From NCBI GenBank assembly GCA_964291285.2, contig OZ219787.1, positions 1,536,001 through 1,600,000 of the forward strand: a stretch of 64,000 nucleotides of DNA. Direction: 5' to 3'. Made by a program: the position numbers and the translations under genes. Positions 9,904 to 19,668 of the stretch are shown here, piece after piece. The DNA comes from Alphaproteobacteria bacterium (GTDB lineage: Bacteria; Pseudomonadota; Alphaproteobacteria; Bin95). Within the stretch, counting starts at the first letter, position 1. Each line of letters begins with the position of its first letter. Under the pieces are notes generated by a model. That model made no database searches, was not told the origin of the DNA, and saw only the letters and a list, made by a program, of their open reading frames with translations.

Positions 9904-11027
9904 GACTGCGCGCCCGAGAGCAACGGCGCCAGCGCCTCGACCGTCTCCCGGACCGTGGCGTCCGAGAGATGCGCGTATTTCAGCGTCGTCGCCGCGTTGT
10001 CATGGCCCAGCAGCCGCCCCACCGTGCGGATCGTCTCGCCGCTCGACAGCGCCATGCTGGCGTAGCTGTGCCGCGTGTCATGAAGGCGCATGTCGTCAAG
10101 GCCTGCCTCGGCGCGCAGCTGTATCCAGAAGGCGTCCAGCCAGCCCCATGGCGTGCTCCAGCCTCCAATAGGGAACACGAAGCGCGACGAACGCGGCAGG
10201 CCATCGAGGACCTCCCGCGCCGCTTCGCACAACCAGACCGTGCGGGGACCGGTCTTCGAATCGGCCAGATAGAGCCTGCCGTCGCGGTAGAAGCGCCATT
10301 CGAGGGTGACGATCTCCGACTTCCGGCAGCCGGTCAGCAGCAGCAGGCGCAAGGCCGCAACCCGGAACGGTTGCCGGGCCTCATGCCGGTCCAGCGCCAT
10401 GCCAAGGCGGCGGTATTCCTCCGGCGACAGGAATCGCTCCGACCGCTTCTGCCGGTAACGCCGGATGCCCTTGCAGGGATTGCCGCCGTCGGGCCGATAC
10501 CCCCACGCCTCGGCCTGCTGCATGATGACGGAAAGAATAGGCGCCGAACGGTTGGCTGCCGCTGGTGTCGCATGGAGGGAGCGGAACCAGCGCTGCACCT
10601 CCTCCCGGTCGATCTCGGCGACAGGCCGGCCCGCGAAGAAGGGCAGGATCTGGTTTTGCAGATAGCGGCGGTTGACGGCGAGCGTGCGCGGCTTCCAGCG
10701 CCTGCCGTAGCGGGTGAAGACCTCCTCGGCGACGGTCTCGAACAGCGCGTCTCCGGATACCTCCGCTTCGACATCCCTGTCGTCCCGGAGCGCGGCCAGC
10801 ATGGTCCGGGCGCGGGCACGCGCCTCGGCCTCGGTCATGACCGCCGCATCGCCGACGATCTTCCAGACCCGGTGGCCCCGGTGCTGGCTGTGGATGAAGT
10901 AGCGTTTCGTGCCCGAAGGCATGATGCGGACGCCGTATCCCTTCAGTTCGGCGTCCCTGACATTGCGGACGGTCTTGCGGGGCCGGAGGGTATCGACCCG
11001 GCGCTGGGTGAGGCGGATGGCTGCCAC
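9900..11027 (-). CDS. Tyrosine recombinase/integrase (first of pair, element 1)
   Basis: LLTGCRKSEI, HDTRH, LGH and KYAH motifs; GTG start aligned with the paralogue at 43157; ATGA overlap with the partner gene. Confidence 0.93.
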   Translation of the reverse strand: MAAIRLTQRRVDTLRPRKTVRNVRDAELKGYGVRIMPSGTKRYFIHSQHRGHRVWKIVGDAAVMTEAEARARARTMLAALRDDRDVEAEVSGDALFETVAEEVFTRYGRRWKPRTLAVNRRYLQNQILPFFAGRPVAEIDREEVQRWFRSLHATPAAANRSAPILSVIMQQAEAWGYRPDGGNPCKGIRRYRQKRSERFLSPEEYRRLGMALDRHEARQPFRVAALRLLLLTGCRKSEIVTLEWRFYRDGRLYLADSKTGPRTVWLCEAAREVLDGLPRSSRFVFPIGGWSTPWGWLDAFWIQLRAEAGLDDMRLHDTRHSYASMALSSGETIRTVGRLLGHDNAATTLKYAHLSDATVRETVEALAPLLSGAQS

Positions 11028-11116
11028 GATTGCGGTTCCCCGATCAGTTGCACGGTGTGCAAAGCCGGATTCGCTCCAACGCCCCGGTTGCACCGGAAAC
11101 GGGAAAATTCCACAAT

Positions 11117-11145
11117 CATGTCAGATGGTTAGCACCGCAGGTGCG
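11117..11145 (-). mobile_element. Terminus of tandem-integrase element 1
   Basis: Minus strand CGCACCTGCGGTGCTAACCATCTGACATG nearly matches the element 2 end CGCACCGGTGGGTGCTAACTATCTGACATG at 43038. Confidence 0.75.
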
Positions 11146-11261
11146 GCGAGATGTGTGTGTGCGTTAGGCTCGGGGACGGGGACAGGCGGGGTCCGGGGGG
11201 ATGATTGAGATTGCGAACGAGTCTGCTTCAGCCCGAACGGAATGCGCCCTTGTCCATCCCC

Positions 11262-11471
11262 CTACGCCGCCTTCCGTGCGCCTTCCTTCTTCGGAAGATT
11301 GAACAGGCGGGCAGCGTTTCGGCCGAGGATGTTGCGCTTCTGGTCTTCGGTGAGGAACGGGATGTCGTAGATCGCGCGCGGTGCCGAACTGAATATCTCC
11401 AGCCTTGCCACATCGCAGCGCCGACACAGCGCGGCCAGTTCTTCCTTCTTGTCGGCGGTGACGGCTTGCAT
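11262..11471 (-). pseudogene. Chimeric remnant: MNT-type nucleotidyltransferase N-terminus joined to an amidohydrolase C-terminus
   Basis: DKKEELAALCRRCDVARLEIFSS (MNT-like) followed directly by IYDIPFLTEDQKRNILGRNAARLFNL (amidohydrolase_2-like end). Confidence 0.6.
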
Positions 11472-11592
11472 GGCGCCGACCTCCCGCAATTGTGAAACGC
11501 AGGGCCCCCTGCAGCTTCGGACCGTACGTACTGCAAGCCGGGACGCAAGCATCGCACTGGCCCGGCAATTGGAACGATGAACTCCCTGCACC

Positions 11593-12459
11593 CTACACGG
11601 GCCGGTCGCCCTCTATCTGGATGCGGCGCATGTCTCGGCGGTAGCCGGAATAGTCGTTGATGGCGGCGTGCTTGAGGCAGCGATTGTCCCAGAGCGTCAA
11701 GGTGCCCGGCTCCCAGGAGACGCGGCAGGTTAGCTCCACGCGCTCGCCCGCGGCGTAGAGATAGTCCAGCAGCGGCGTGCTCTCGGCCTCGGTCATGCCC
11801 TCGAAGCGGATGGTGTAGGCGCGGTTGACAAAGAGGCCCTTGCGCCCGGTGTCGGGATGAGTGCGGACCACCGGGTGCAGGCTCTCGGTCGGCCGCCAGG
11901 CGTCGTCCTCGCGGTTCCTGGTCGAGCGCAGCGCGTTGAAGTTCGTCGCCGGCCCGGCGACGCGGGTGTCGTTATGCACGGCGCGCATGTCCGAAAGCGT
12001 GGCCTTCATGCCGTCCGACAGGAGGTCCCAGGCGCCCTGCTGGTCCGCGAACAGCGTGTCGCCGCCGGCGGGCGGCACCTCGAGGGCATAGAGCGCCGAG
12101 CCGAGCGGCGGCTTCTCCAGGCAGGTGGTGTCGGTGTGCCAGTTTTCGCCGACCGCCGCCTTGTCGTCGGGCTCCTTGCGGATCGCGATGACCTCGGGAT
12201 GCTTGCCGTCGGCGATCAGGTTCGGATGCACGATCAGCGGGCCGAAGCGCAGGCCGAAGGCCATCAGCGCTTCCTCGTCCATCTTCTGGTCGCGGAAGCA
12301 GAGCACCTTGTGGCGCAGGAAAGTCTCCCGCACCGCCGCGAAGCCTTCACCGTCGAGCGCCGTGAGGTCGATGCCCCGCACCTCGGCCCCGCAGGACCCG
12401 GAAAGCGGCTTCACCTGCATATCCGCCAATCCCTGAATTCCATCCGGCATGTCACGCAT
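11593..12459 (-). CDS. TauD/TfdA-family 2-oxoglutarate dioxygenase
   Basis: WHTDT, GGDTLFAD, HPVVRTHP and WDNRCLKH motifs. Confidence 0.93.
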   Translation of the reverse strand: MRDMPDGIQGLADMQVKPLSGSCGAEVRGIDLTALDGEGFAAVRETFLRHKVLCFRDQKMDEEALMAFGLRFGPLIVHPNLIADGKHPEVIAIRKEPDDKAAVGENWHTDTTCLEKPPLGSALYALEVPPAGGDTLFADQQGAWDLLSDGMKATLSDMRAVHNDTRVAGPATNFNALRSTRNREDDAWRPTESLHPVVRTHPDTGRKGLFVNRAYTIRFEGMTEAESTPLLDYLYAAGERVELTCRVSWEPGTLTLWDNRCLKHAAINDYSGYRRDMRRIQIEGDRPV

Positions 12460-13789
12460 CCTCCGTCTCGCGGCGAAGATACCACGGCGTCTTCCCCGGA
12501 TCGCGCCGTTTGCGGCGGGCCGGTTTGGGAGCCGGTTCCGGCTTGGGCGGGGCCTTCGCCTCCGGCTTCGTCCCGGCCCTGGCCTTCGGAGCGGCGCGCG
12601 CCCTGGGCTTTACCTCCGGCTTCGGCGCGGGCGGCTCGTCCTTCTTCGCGGCGGCGCGGCGGCTCGGCCGCTTCGGCGCGGGTGCCGCTGCGCTCTCAGC
12701 AGCGGGCGCGGCGCGGAAGGCCTCCAGCGCGTCGAGGTCGAAGGAGAAGCCGAGGCCCGGCCTGTCGGGAATCCGGGCCCGGCCGTCCTCGAATTCGATC
12801 GTCTCGCCGAACAGCCGGGCCGACCAGGGCATGTATTCCAACAGGTCGCAATTATGGAGCGCGCCGCAAAGCTGCAGCGACGCCTCGGAATAAAGGTGCG
12901 GCGAGACCGGCAGGTCCCAGGCCTGCGCCATGTGCCCGACACGCATGAACTCGGTGACGCCGCCGACGCGCCCGAGGTCCGGCATCAGCACGTCCGCCGC
13001 CTTCGCCTCGATCAGCGGGCGGAAGCCGTAGCGGGTGTATTCGGTCTCTCCGGTGGCGATGGGCGTGTCGAGCGCGGCGGCGAGCGCGGCGTGGCCGGCG
13101 ACATTGTACGCCGGCACCGGCTCCTCGAACCAGTCGAGGCCGACCGGCTCCAGGGCGCGGCCGAGCCGGAGCGCGTGCCTGACGTCGAGGCCCTGGTTTG
13201 CGTCCGCCATCAGCCGGATATCGGGGCCGACGGCGTCGCGAATCGCCTCGGCGCGCTCGACATCCTCCTGCCAGCGCGGCTTGCCGAGCCGCATCTTCAT
13301 GGCGCGGAAGCCCTGCTTCAGGAACGTCTTCGCCTCGGCGACGAGCTCGTCCCGCGAGCGCGAGAGCCAGAGCCCGCCGCTGTGATAGGCCGGCACGGCG
13401 TCGCGGCAGGAGCCGAGCAGGCGGTGGGCCGGCTGGCCGAGCGCCTTGCCGCGCGCATCCCAGAGCGCCATGTCGAGCGCGGAGAGCGCGAACAGCGGCA
13501 CGCCCTTGTGGCCGACGAAGTTCACCTCGGTCCAGAGCCTGTGCCAGATGCCCTCGATCCGGTGCGCGTCCTCGCCGACGAGCGACTGGCCGAGGACGGC
13601 GGTCATCGCTTCCAGCGGCGCCAGGTGCCTCGCCGGGAGCGAGAAGAGGTGGCCCTCCCCGGTCACCCCCGCCTCGGTATCGACGAAGACCAGCACATAG
13701 CCGATCGAACGGATATCGTGGACCGCGGTGATGACGGGCTCCTCCAGCGGCACGTCCACCGTCATCGTGCGAATACCGGTAATCTTCAT
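12452..13789 (-). CDS. Mandelate racemase/muconate lactonizing enolase-superfamily enzyme with a basic low-complexity C-terminal tail
   Basis: KMRLG, MADAN, WFEEP, ATGE and PDRPGLG motifs. Confidence 0.9.
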   Translation of the reverse strand: MKITGIRTMTVDVPLEEPVITAVHDIRSIGYVLVFVDTEAGVTGEGHLFSLPARHLAPLEAMTAVLGQSLVGEDAHRIEGIWHRLWTEVNFVGHKGVPLFALSALDMALWDARGKALGQPAHRLLGSCRDAVPAYHSGGLWLSRSRDELVAEAKTFLKQGFRAMKMRLGKPRWQEDVERAEAIRDAVGPDIRLMADANQGLDVRHALRLGRALEPVGLDWFEEPVPAYNVAGHAALAAALDTPIATGETEYTRYGFRPLIEAKAADVLMPDLGRVGGVTEFMRVGHMAQAWDLPVSPHLYSEASLQLCGALHNCDLLEYMPWSARLFGETIEFEDGRARIPDRPGLGFSFDLDALEAFRAAPAAESAAAPAPKRPSRRAAAKKDEPPAPKPEVKPRARAAPKARAGTKPEAKAPPKPEPAPKPARRKRRDPGKTPWYLRRETEDA

Positions 13790-13972
13790 CCCTGCTTTTG
13801 CCTCCGGGAAAACGCCGGGCCCCCAACCCGTCTCAGCCTCCCAGCCTAGCTTGACAGGGCGGGGGAGGGGAAGCGGCCGGACAGCGCGGTCACGAAACAT
13901 CCAGATCGAAGACGGGAATATCCATGGCGCGGGCGGTGGCAGTCTTGTCAATCGCGCTCAATCCGGGGGCAG

Positions 13973-14821
13973 TCAGGAGCCCGCAGGCTCCACCGCGATA
14001 TTGTCGATCAGCCTTGCGCGGCCGAGACGGGCGGCGGCGAGCAGACGGGCGGGGCGGTCGAGGCGCTGCATGGGCGCGAGGTCTTCCGCGTCGCGAAGCT
14101 CGACATAATCGACGGCGGAGAAGCCGGCTGCGGCGATCTCCGCGGCGGCCTCGGCGAGGCAGCGCGCATCCTCGCCGTTCCGCAGGCGCCGGGCGGCCAT
14201 GACGAGCGCGCGGTGGAGCGCCGGGGCGCATGCGCGTTCCTCCGGGCCGAGCAGGGCGTTGCGGGAGGAGAGCGCGAGGCCGTCCGGGTCGCGCACGGTC
14301 GGGCAGCCGACGATCTCGACAGGGAGGTCGAGGTCGCCGACCATGCGGCGGACCGCGGCGAGCTGCTGGTAGTCCTTCTCGCCGAAGAAGGCGAAGTCCG
14401 CACCGGTCTGGATCAGCAGCTTGGAGACGACCGTCGCCACGCCGTCGAAATGGCCCGGCCGGTCCGCGCCGCAAAGGCCCTCGGTGACGCCGGAGACGGA
14501 GATGTTCGTCGCGAATCCCGCCGGGTACATGACTTCCGGCGGCGGCGCGAAAAGCAGGTCGACGCCATAAGGGGCGAGCTTCCCGCGGTCGTCCTCCTCG
14601 GTGCGCGGATAGCGGACGAGGTCCGCCGCGTCGTTGAACTGCTTCGGGTTGACGAAGAGTGTGACGATGGTGCGGTCGGCGCGCCCGCGGCTGGCGGCAA
14701 CGAGGCTCAGGTGCCCGGCGTGGAGCGCGCCCATGGTGGGCACGACGCCGATGCTGCAGCCCGACCGGCGCCAGGCGCTGGCGAGGCGGCGAAGGTCCTG
14801 CACGGTGCGGGAGGTGAGCAT
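13973..14821 (-). CDS. panC: Pantoate-beta-alanine ligase
   Basis: [27 protein letters not shown] and RLIDN motifs. Confidence 0.97.
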   Translation of the reverse strand: MLTSRTVQDLRRLASAWRRSGCSIGVVPTMGALHAGHLSLVAASRGRADRTIVTLFVNPKQFNDAADLVRYPRTEEDDRGKLAPYGVDLLFAPPPEVMYPAGFATNISVSGVTEGLCGADRPGHFDGVATVVSKLLIQTGADFAFFGEKDYQQLAAVRRMVGDLDLPVEIVGCPTVRDPDGLALSSRNALLGPEERACAPALHRALVMAARRLRNGEDARCLAEAAAEIAAAGFSAVDYVELRDAEDLAPMQRLDRPARLLAAARLGRARLIDNIAVEPAGS

Positions 14822-14885
14822 GGCGCGGGAACAGTCCCGCAAACCGTCTGGCCCGGCAAGCGGGGATGTGGGAATGTCGCCGCCC

Positions 14886-16067
14886 ATGGAACCGCGACCC
14901 GTCGTCCGGCTCCTGCCCGGCCGGCAGAAGCGCCTCCGGGCGGGGCATCCCTGGGCCTACGCCAACGAGATCGAGATGTCGGCCGACGCGCGCGCGCTGC
15001 CGCCGGGAACGCTCGTGCGGCTGGAGAGCGCCGACGGACAGGCGCTGGGCGCGGCGATGTTCAACCCCCGCGCGCTCGCGGCCGTGCGCCGCCTCGATCC
15101 AGACCCGGACCGGGAGATCGGTGCGGACTGGCTGGCGGCGCGGCTGAAGGCGGCGCTGGCGCTCCGGCAACGGCTCGGCCTCGCGCCCTGGTGCCGGGCG
15201 GTCCACGCGGAGGCGGACGGGCTGCCGGGCCTCATCGTCGATCTGTTCGGCGCCGTGGCGGTGGCGCAGCTCAACAGCGCCGGCATGGCGCGGCTGGAAG
15301 CGCCGCTGGTCGAAGCCGTGCGCGAAGTGCTGCGGCCGGATGCACTGGTCCTCCGCAACGACAGCGCCCAGCGCGGCCTCGAGGGGCTGGAGACGGAGAC
15401 CCGGCTGGTCTTCGGCGAGGTCTCCGGGCCGGTCGATCTGGTCGAGGGCGGCTGCCGCTTCCTCTGCGACCCGCTCGGCGGGCAGAAGACCGGCTGGTTC
15501 CACGACCAGCGCGACAACCGCGCCTTCGCGGCGGGCCTGGCGGACGGCGCGCGGGTGCTGGACCTCTACGCCTATCTCGGCGGATTCGGCATCCGGGCGG
15601 CCGCCGGCGGCGCGCGGGAGGCCATGCTGGTGGACCGCTCCCGGCCCGCCCTGGAGCTTGCCGCCCGCTCTGCCGGGCTGAACGGCGTCGGCGAACGGGT
15701 CCGCGCCGAGCGCGCCGATGTCTTCGCCTTCCTGGAGGCGGCGGCGTCTGAACGCTTCGACCTCGTGGTCGCCGACCCGCCGGCCTTCGTGCGCTCGCGC
15801 AAGGACCTGGGCGCGGGGCTGCGCGGCTACCGCAAGCTCGCCCGCCTCGCCGCGGGGCTGGTGGCGCCGGGCGGTTTCCTGCTGGCGGCGTCGTGCTCGC
15901 ACAATGTGACGCCCGAAGCCTTCGCGCTGGAGGTCGCGCGCGGCCTCGGGCAGGCCGGCCGCACGGGCCGCGTGCTCCGCACGGCCGGCGCCGCCCCCGA
16001 CCATCCGGTGCATCCCATGCTGCCGGAGTCGGCCTACCTCAAGGCGATGGCGTTGCAGCTGGATTGA
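14886..16067 (+). CDS. RlmI-like SAM-dependent rRNA methyltransferase (PUA domain)
   Basis: [29 protein letters not shown] and ESAYLK motifs. Confidence 0.9.
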   Translation: MEPRPVVRLLPGRQKRLRAGHPWAYANEIEMSADARALPPGTLVRLESADGQALGAAMFNPRALAAVRRLDPDPDREIGADWLAARLKAALALRQRLGLAPWCRAVHAEADGLPGLIVDLFGAVAVAQLNSAGMARLEAPLVEAVREVLRPDALVLRNDSAQRGLEGLETETRLVFGEVSGPVDLVEGGCRFLCDPLGGQKTGWFHDQRDNRAFAAGLADGARVLDLYAYLGGFGIRAAAGGAREAMLVDRSRPALELAARSAGLNGVGERVRAERADVFAFLEAAASERFDLVVADPPAFVRSRKDLGAGLRGYRKLARLAAGLVAPGGFLLAASCSHNVTPEAFALEVARGLGQAGRTGRVLRTAGAAPDHPVHPMLPESAYLKAMALQLD

Positions 16068-16329
16068 GTCACGGGTAGCGTTTAGATTCTCTCGTTGCAC
16101 CGCTTTCAGAACCGTATCGCCATGCTTCGTCCGATCTCCTCTCTGCTCGCTGCTGCCGTGTTATTCTGCTCAGCACTGGCATCGGCCCAAGAGGTTACCG
16201 GCTATGATCGGTTTAACCTGTGGAACGACTGCGGGCCTATGAATCTGGTAGTCGAGAGCTTACCAAAGGGGGCTGCTGACATTGGATTGGAAGAAGAGGC
16301 GATAGCAACATCCGTGCGCAGTAGGCTTA

Positions 16330-17204
16330 GGCCCTGTGGACGTATTGACTCAGGAGCGTGTTCAGGGATTCCCGTGCGAGGATTTGTCTGAATCATGAGG
16401 CGTCGGCGATTCGGGGGTTTCGTTGATGTCGACGAAGATGACGAATGGAGACTGGGAGGTTGCGCTGGAGGTTTTCCGGCTTTGCCTTCCGAGGCGGGGT
16501 GCGAAGGCGAAGGACGACCGTCTGTTTCTGGAGGCGCTGCACTTCTTTGCGGTTCACAACATCACCTGGCGGGCGCTGCCGGAGCGGTTCGGGCACTGGA
16601 ATACGGTATGGCGGCGTTTTCACCGTCTGAGCCGTTCAGGGGTGTTCGAGGACTTTTTCGCCACGCTGGCGGATTTGAGCAGCACGGCGCACCTGGTTCA
16701 GATGTTCGATTCGACCGTGACCCGCGCGCATGTATCGGCGGCCGGCGCAAAAGGGGGCAGCAGGGTCAGGCGCTTGGACGCTCGCGGGGCGGTTTCAGCA
16801 CCAAAATCCACCTGAAGACCGATTTCGACGGCCTGCCGATCGCCTTCGACCTGACCGGCGGCGAGGCAGCCGACAGTCCGCATTTCGAGACCCTGATGGA
16901 CATCGGCCCCGATGTCCGGCCCCGCGCCATCGTCGCCGACAAGGGCTATGACAGCGCCGGAAACCGCCAACTCGCCCGGAAAAGAGGCGCCCTGACCGTC
17001 ATTCCCTACCGGAAGAACATCAAAAACAGGCCAAAGCGCTTCGCAAGCGCGCTCTACAGAGGACGGGCGCGCATCGAACAGGCCGTCGGCAAGCTCAAAC
17101 GCTTCAAACGCATCGCCCTGCGCTGCGAAAAGACCGCCACAAACTTCAGCTCCTTCGTCGCACTCGCCGCTGCCTTCATCTTGATCAAATCCGTCCACAG
17201 GACC
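16330..17204 (+). mobile_element. IS5-family (IS427-like) insertion sequence
   Basis: IRs GGCCCTGTGGACG and GGTCCTGTGGACG flanked by a TA duplication (16328-29, 17205-06). Confidence 0.92.
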
Positions 17205-17207
17205 TAG
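16426..17207 (+). CDS. IS5-family transposase (orfA/orfB, probable -1 frameshift at AAAAGGGGG 16749-16757)
   Basis: WRALPERFGHWNTVW and DST in orfA; GRSRGGFSTKIH, ADKGYD and KRFKRIA in orfB. Confidence 0.9.
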
Positions 17208-17503
17208 GGCGGCGCGGATTTACAGTTCTACGGCCGAGCCGTATCTTTATGTGAACGTAAACATTGTTGGCCCGGCATTTGGAATTGGAGTCTATTACAA
17301 CAAAGTATTACTGGATGCTGCATCGGGAGAATACAACTATGCCAAGACTTGGCAATCTGGCAGTACTGGGACGCATGGTAGGAATTCGAATTACGTCTTG
17401 TCATCGGTATCACAGCACACGGATCGATTCGTTGACGAATATCTCCGTGTAAATGACGAGGCGTGCAAGCGCTGATTGGGGACATGGTGGCAACATAAGC
17501 CAC

Positions 17504-18103
17504 TCAGTCCAGAATCTCGAAATGGGCTTCCGTCGGCTCGCGCCCCACGCCGTTGATCGGCAGGATGTCCTGCGGGCAGGCGGAGAAGACGACGACGACA
17601 TCGAGATCGGCCTCGAACAGCACATAATCGCCCGGCTTGGTGACGGGCGCGGCGAAGGTCAAGCCGCCGCCTTCCTCCCAGGGAATGTGCATGAACAGGT
17701 TGAGCGGCGACGGCGTCTCCGGCGGCGTCAGGCCGAGTTCGTAGAGGGCGGCGGCGAGATTGTCCGTGCAATTGTCGTGGTACTCCGTGCAGCCGAGCAG
17801 GCCGTAGCGGTAGTTGTCGCAGGCCGCCATCAGCGTGTCGTGGACGCCGGGCGAGGTGTCCTCGATGAGGGTGAGGATCGGCCGGCGCCGGTTGCTGTAG
17901 AGCGCGTCGCCGACCTCCGGGCGCATTTTCGTCAAGGTCGCGCGAGTGTGCTCCATCGACATGAACTCGCGCAGGTCGCGCCGCGCGAAAGCCCAGGTGT
18001 CCACCACCTGCTCGCCGTGCGTGTTGACGACCTTCACCTTCTGCCCCTTGCGCGCGAACGCCGCCTTGCCGCTGCGCGCGGGGATGGTCCGAAGCCCGGA
18101 CAT
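17504..18103 (-). CDS. Urea carboxylase-associated family protein (DUF1989)
   Basis: GEQVVDTWAF, HDTLMAAC, HDNCTDN and SACPQD motifs. Confidence 0.88.
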   Translation of the reverse strand: MSGLRTIPARSGKAAFARKGQKVKVVNTHGEQVVDTWAFARRDLREFMSMEHTRATLTKMRPEVGDALYSNRRRPILTLIEDTSPGVHDTLMAACDNYRYGLLGCTEYHDNCTDNLAAALYELGLTPPETPSPLNLFMHIPWEEGGGLTFAAPVTKPGDYVLFEADLDVVVVFSACPQDILPINGVGREPTEAHFEILD

Positions 18104-18255
18104 GACGCGCCTCCCATGCTCGCCGGAACCGGCAGGATGAAACGCGCGGCCAGCCGGGGTCAAGCCGCCGGCTGGGGCCCCGCGCGCTTTCGCAGCGTTG
18201 ACCGGCGGCGGCGGGCGTGGCGTATTGGCGCCCTTGCCGCATGGGGGAGGAAACC

Positions 18256-19302
18256 ATGCCAAGGGACCGTGAAACGGATTTGCCGCGCTACGCCGCGCCG
18301 GCGCGGCCGCTCGGGGCCTATCCGCGTCTGCGCGCCCGGCGCAACCGCCGCGCCGGGTGGACGCGCGCCCTGGTCGCCGAAAGCCGCCTCGGGCCGCAGG
18401 ATTTCATCTGGCCGCTCTTCGTCGTCGACGGCGAGGGCGTGTCGCAGCCCGTGCCCTCCATGCCGGGCGTGTGCCGCTGGTCGGTGGAATTGCTGGTCGA
18501 GCGGGTGCAGAAGGCGCGGGACGCCGGCATTCCGGCCGTTGCGCTCTTCCCCTATGTCAATCCCGCGCTCAAGACGCATGACGGTGAACACGCGCTCGAC
18601 TCGGAGAACATCGTCTGCCGCGCGATCCGGGCGGTGAAGGCGGCCATGCCGGAGATGGGCGTCGTCTGCGACGTGGCGCTCGACCCGTTCACCACCCACG
18701 GCCAGGACGGCATCGTGCGCGACGGGCGCATCCTGAACGACGAGACCGTGCACGTGCTCTGCGAGCAGGCGCGGGTGCAGGTCGAGGCCGGCTGCGACGT
18801 GATCGCGCCCTCCGACATGATGGACGGGCGCGTGGGCGCAATTCGCGACACGCTCGATGCCGCAGGGCATGAGGACGCCTCGATCCTCGCCTATTCCGCC
18901 AAATACGCCTCGGCCTTCTACGGGCCCTTCCGGGATGCGGTCGGCTCCGCCGGCGCGCTCGGCGCGGCCGACAAGAAGACCTACCAGATGGACCCGGCGA
19001 ACACGGAGGAGGCGCTCCGCGAAATCGCGGCCGACCTCGCCGAAGGTGCCGACATGGTGATGGTCAAGCCGGGCCTGGCCTATCTCGATGTCATCCACCG
19101 GGTGAAGGAGCTCTTCGGCGCGCCGACCGTCGCCTACAACGTCTCCGGCGAATACTCGATGCTCAAGGCGGCGGGCGAGCGCGGCTGGCTCGACTACGAC
19201 CTCGTGCTGCTGGAGAGCCTGATGGCCTTCAAGCGCGCCGGCGCCGACGCCATCCTCACCTACGCCGCCATGGAGGCCTGCGAGCTTCTGGCGGCCAGGT
19301 GA
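18256..19302 (+). CDS. hemB: Porphobilinogen synthase
   Basis: DVALDPFTTHGQDG, APSDMMDGR, YSAKYASAFYGPFR and MVKPG motifs. Confidence 0.97.
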   Translation: MPRDRETDLPRYAAPARPLGAYPRLRARRNRRAGWTRALVAESRLGPQDFIWPLFVVDGEGVSQPVPSMPGVCRWSVELLVERVQKARDAGIPAVALFPYVNPALKTHDGEHALDSENIVCRAIRAVKAAMPEMGVVCDVALDPFTTHGQDGIVRDGRILNDETVHVLCEQARVQVEAGCDVIAPSDMMDGRVGAIRDTLDAAGHEDASILAYSAKYASAFYGPFRDAVGSAGALGAADKKTYQMDPANTEEALREIAADLAEGADMVMVKPGLAYLDVIHRVKELFGAPTVAYNVSGEYSMLKAAGERGWLDYDLVLLESLMAFKRAGADAILTYAAMEACELLAAR

Positions 19303-19320
19303 TTTGACGAACGCCCTCCC

Positions 19321-19638
19321 TTACGGGTGCGGACCCCAGGGGGCGGCGAGGAGGAGCTGGTTCTGCTGCGTCATGATGAGCGGGCGGATCTTGCCGGCGA
19401 AGGTCCTGAACGCCTCGTCCGCGTAGAGCGTTGACCAGTGCCGGCGGCGGTCGGCGTCGTCGTCGAACTTCCAGAGATGGACGAGCTGGTTCAGCGCGCC
19501 CGCATCGGACTGGAAATAGCCCACCAGCTTGTCGCTGTGCGGCTCCAGCGCCGGCCAGCCATATTTCGAATACACCTCGACCGCCTCGCCCATCTTGCCG
19601 ACATAGAGCGTGTAGGTGCGCAGTTCGTAGAGAGCCAT
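19321..19638 (-). CDS. NIPSNAP-family protein
   Basis: YELRTY and GALNQLVHLW motifs. Confidence 0.88.
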   Translation of the reverse strand: MALYELRTYTLYVGKMGEAVEVYSKYGWPALEPHSDKLVGYFQSDAGALNQLVHLWKFDDDADRRRHWSTLYADEAFRTFAGKIRPLIMTQQNQLLLAAPWGPHP

Positions 19639-19668
19639 TGCCGATTTCCTTCCCTTTTCCGTCTCCGC

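Larger units (their letters stand above)
16122..17475 (+). pseudogene. Secreted hypothetical protein (158 aa restored) interrupted by an IS5-family element
   Basis: Signal peptide. Removing the IS joins ...SVRSRL to RAARIYSS...DEACKR in frame. Confidence 0.8.

Noticed and set aside
18104-18255. Guanidine riboswitch upstream of the DUF1989 gene
   Set aside because: No recognisable guanidine-I, -II or -III motif.
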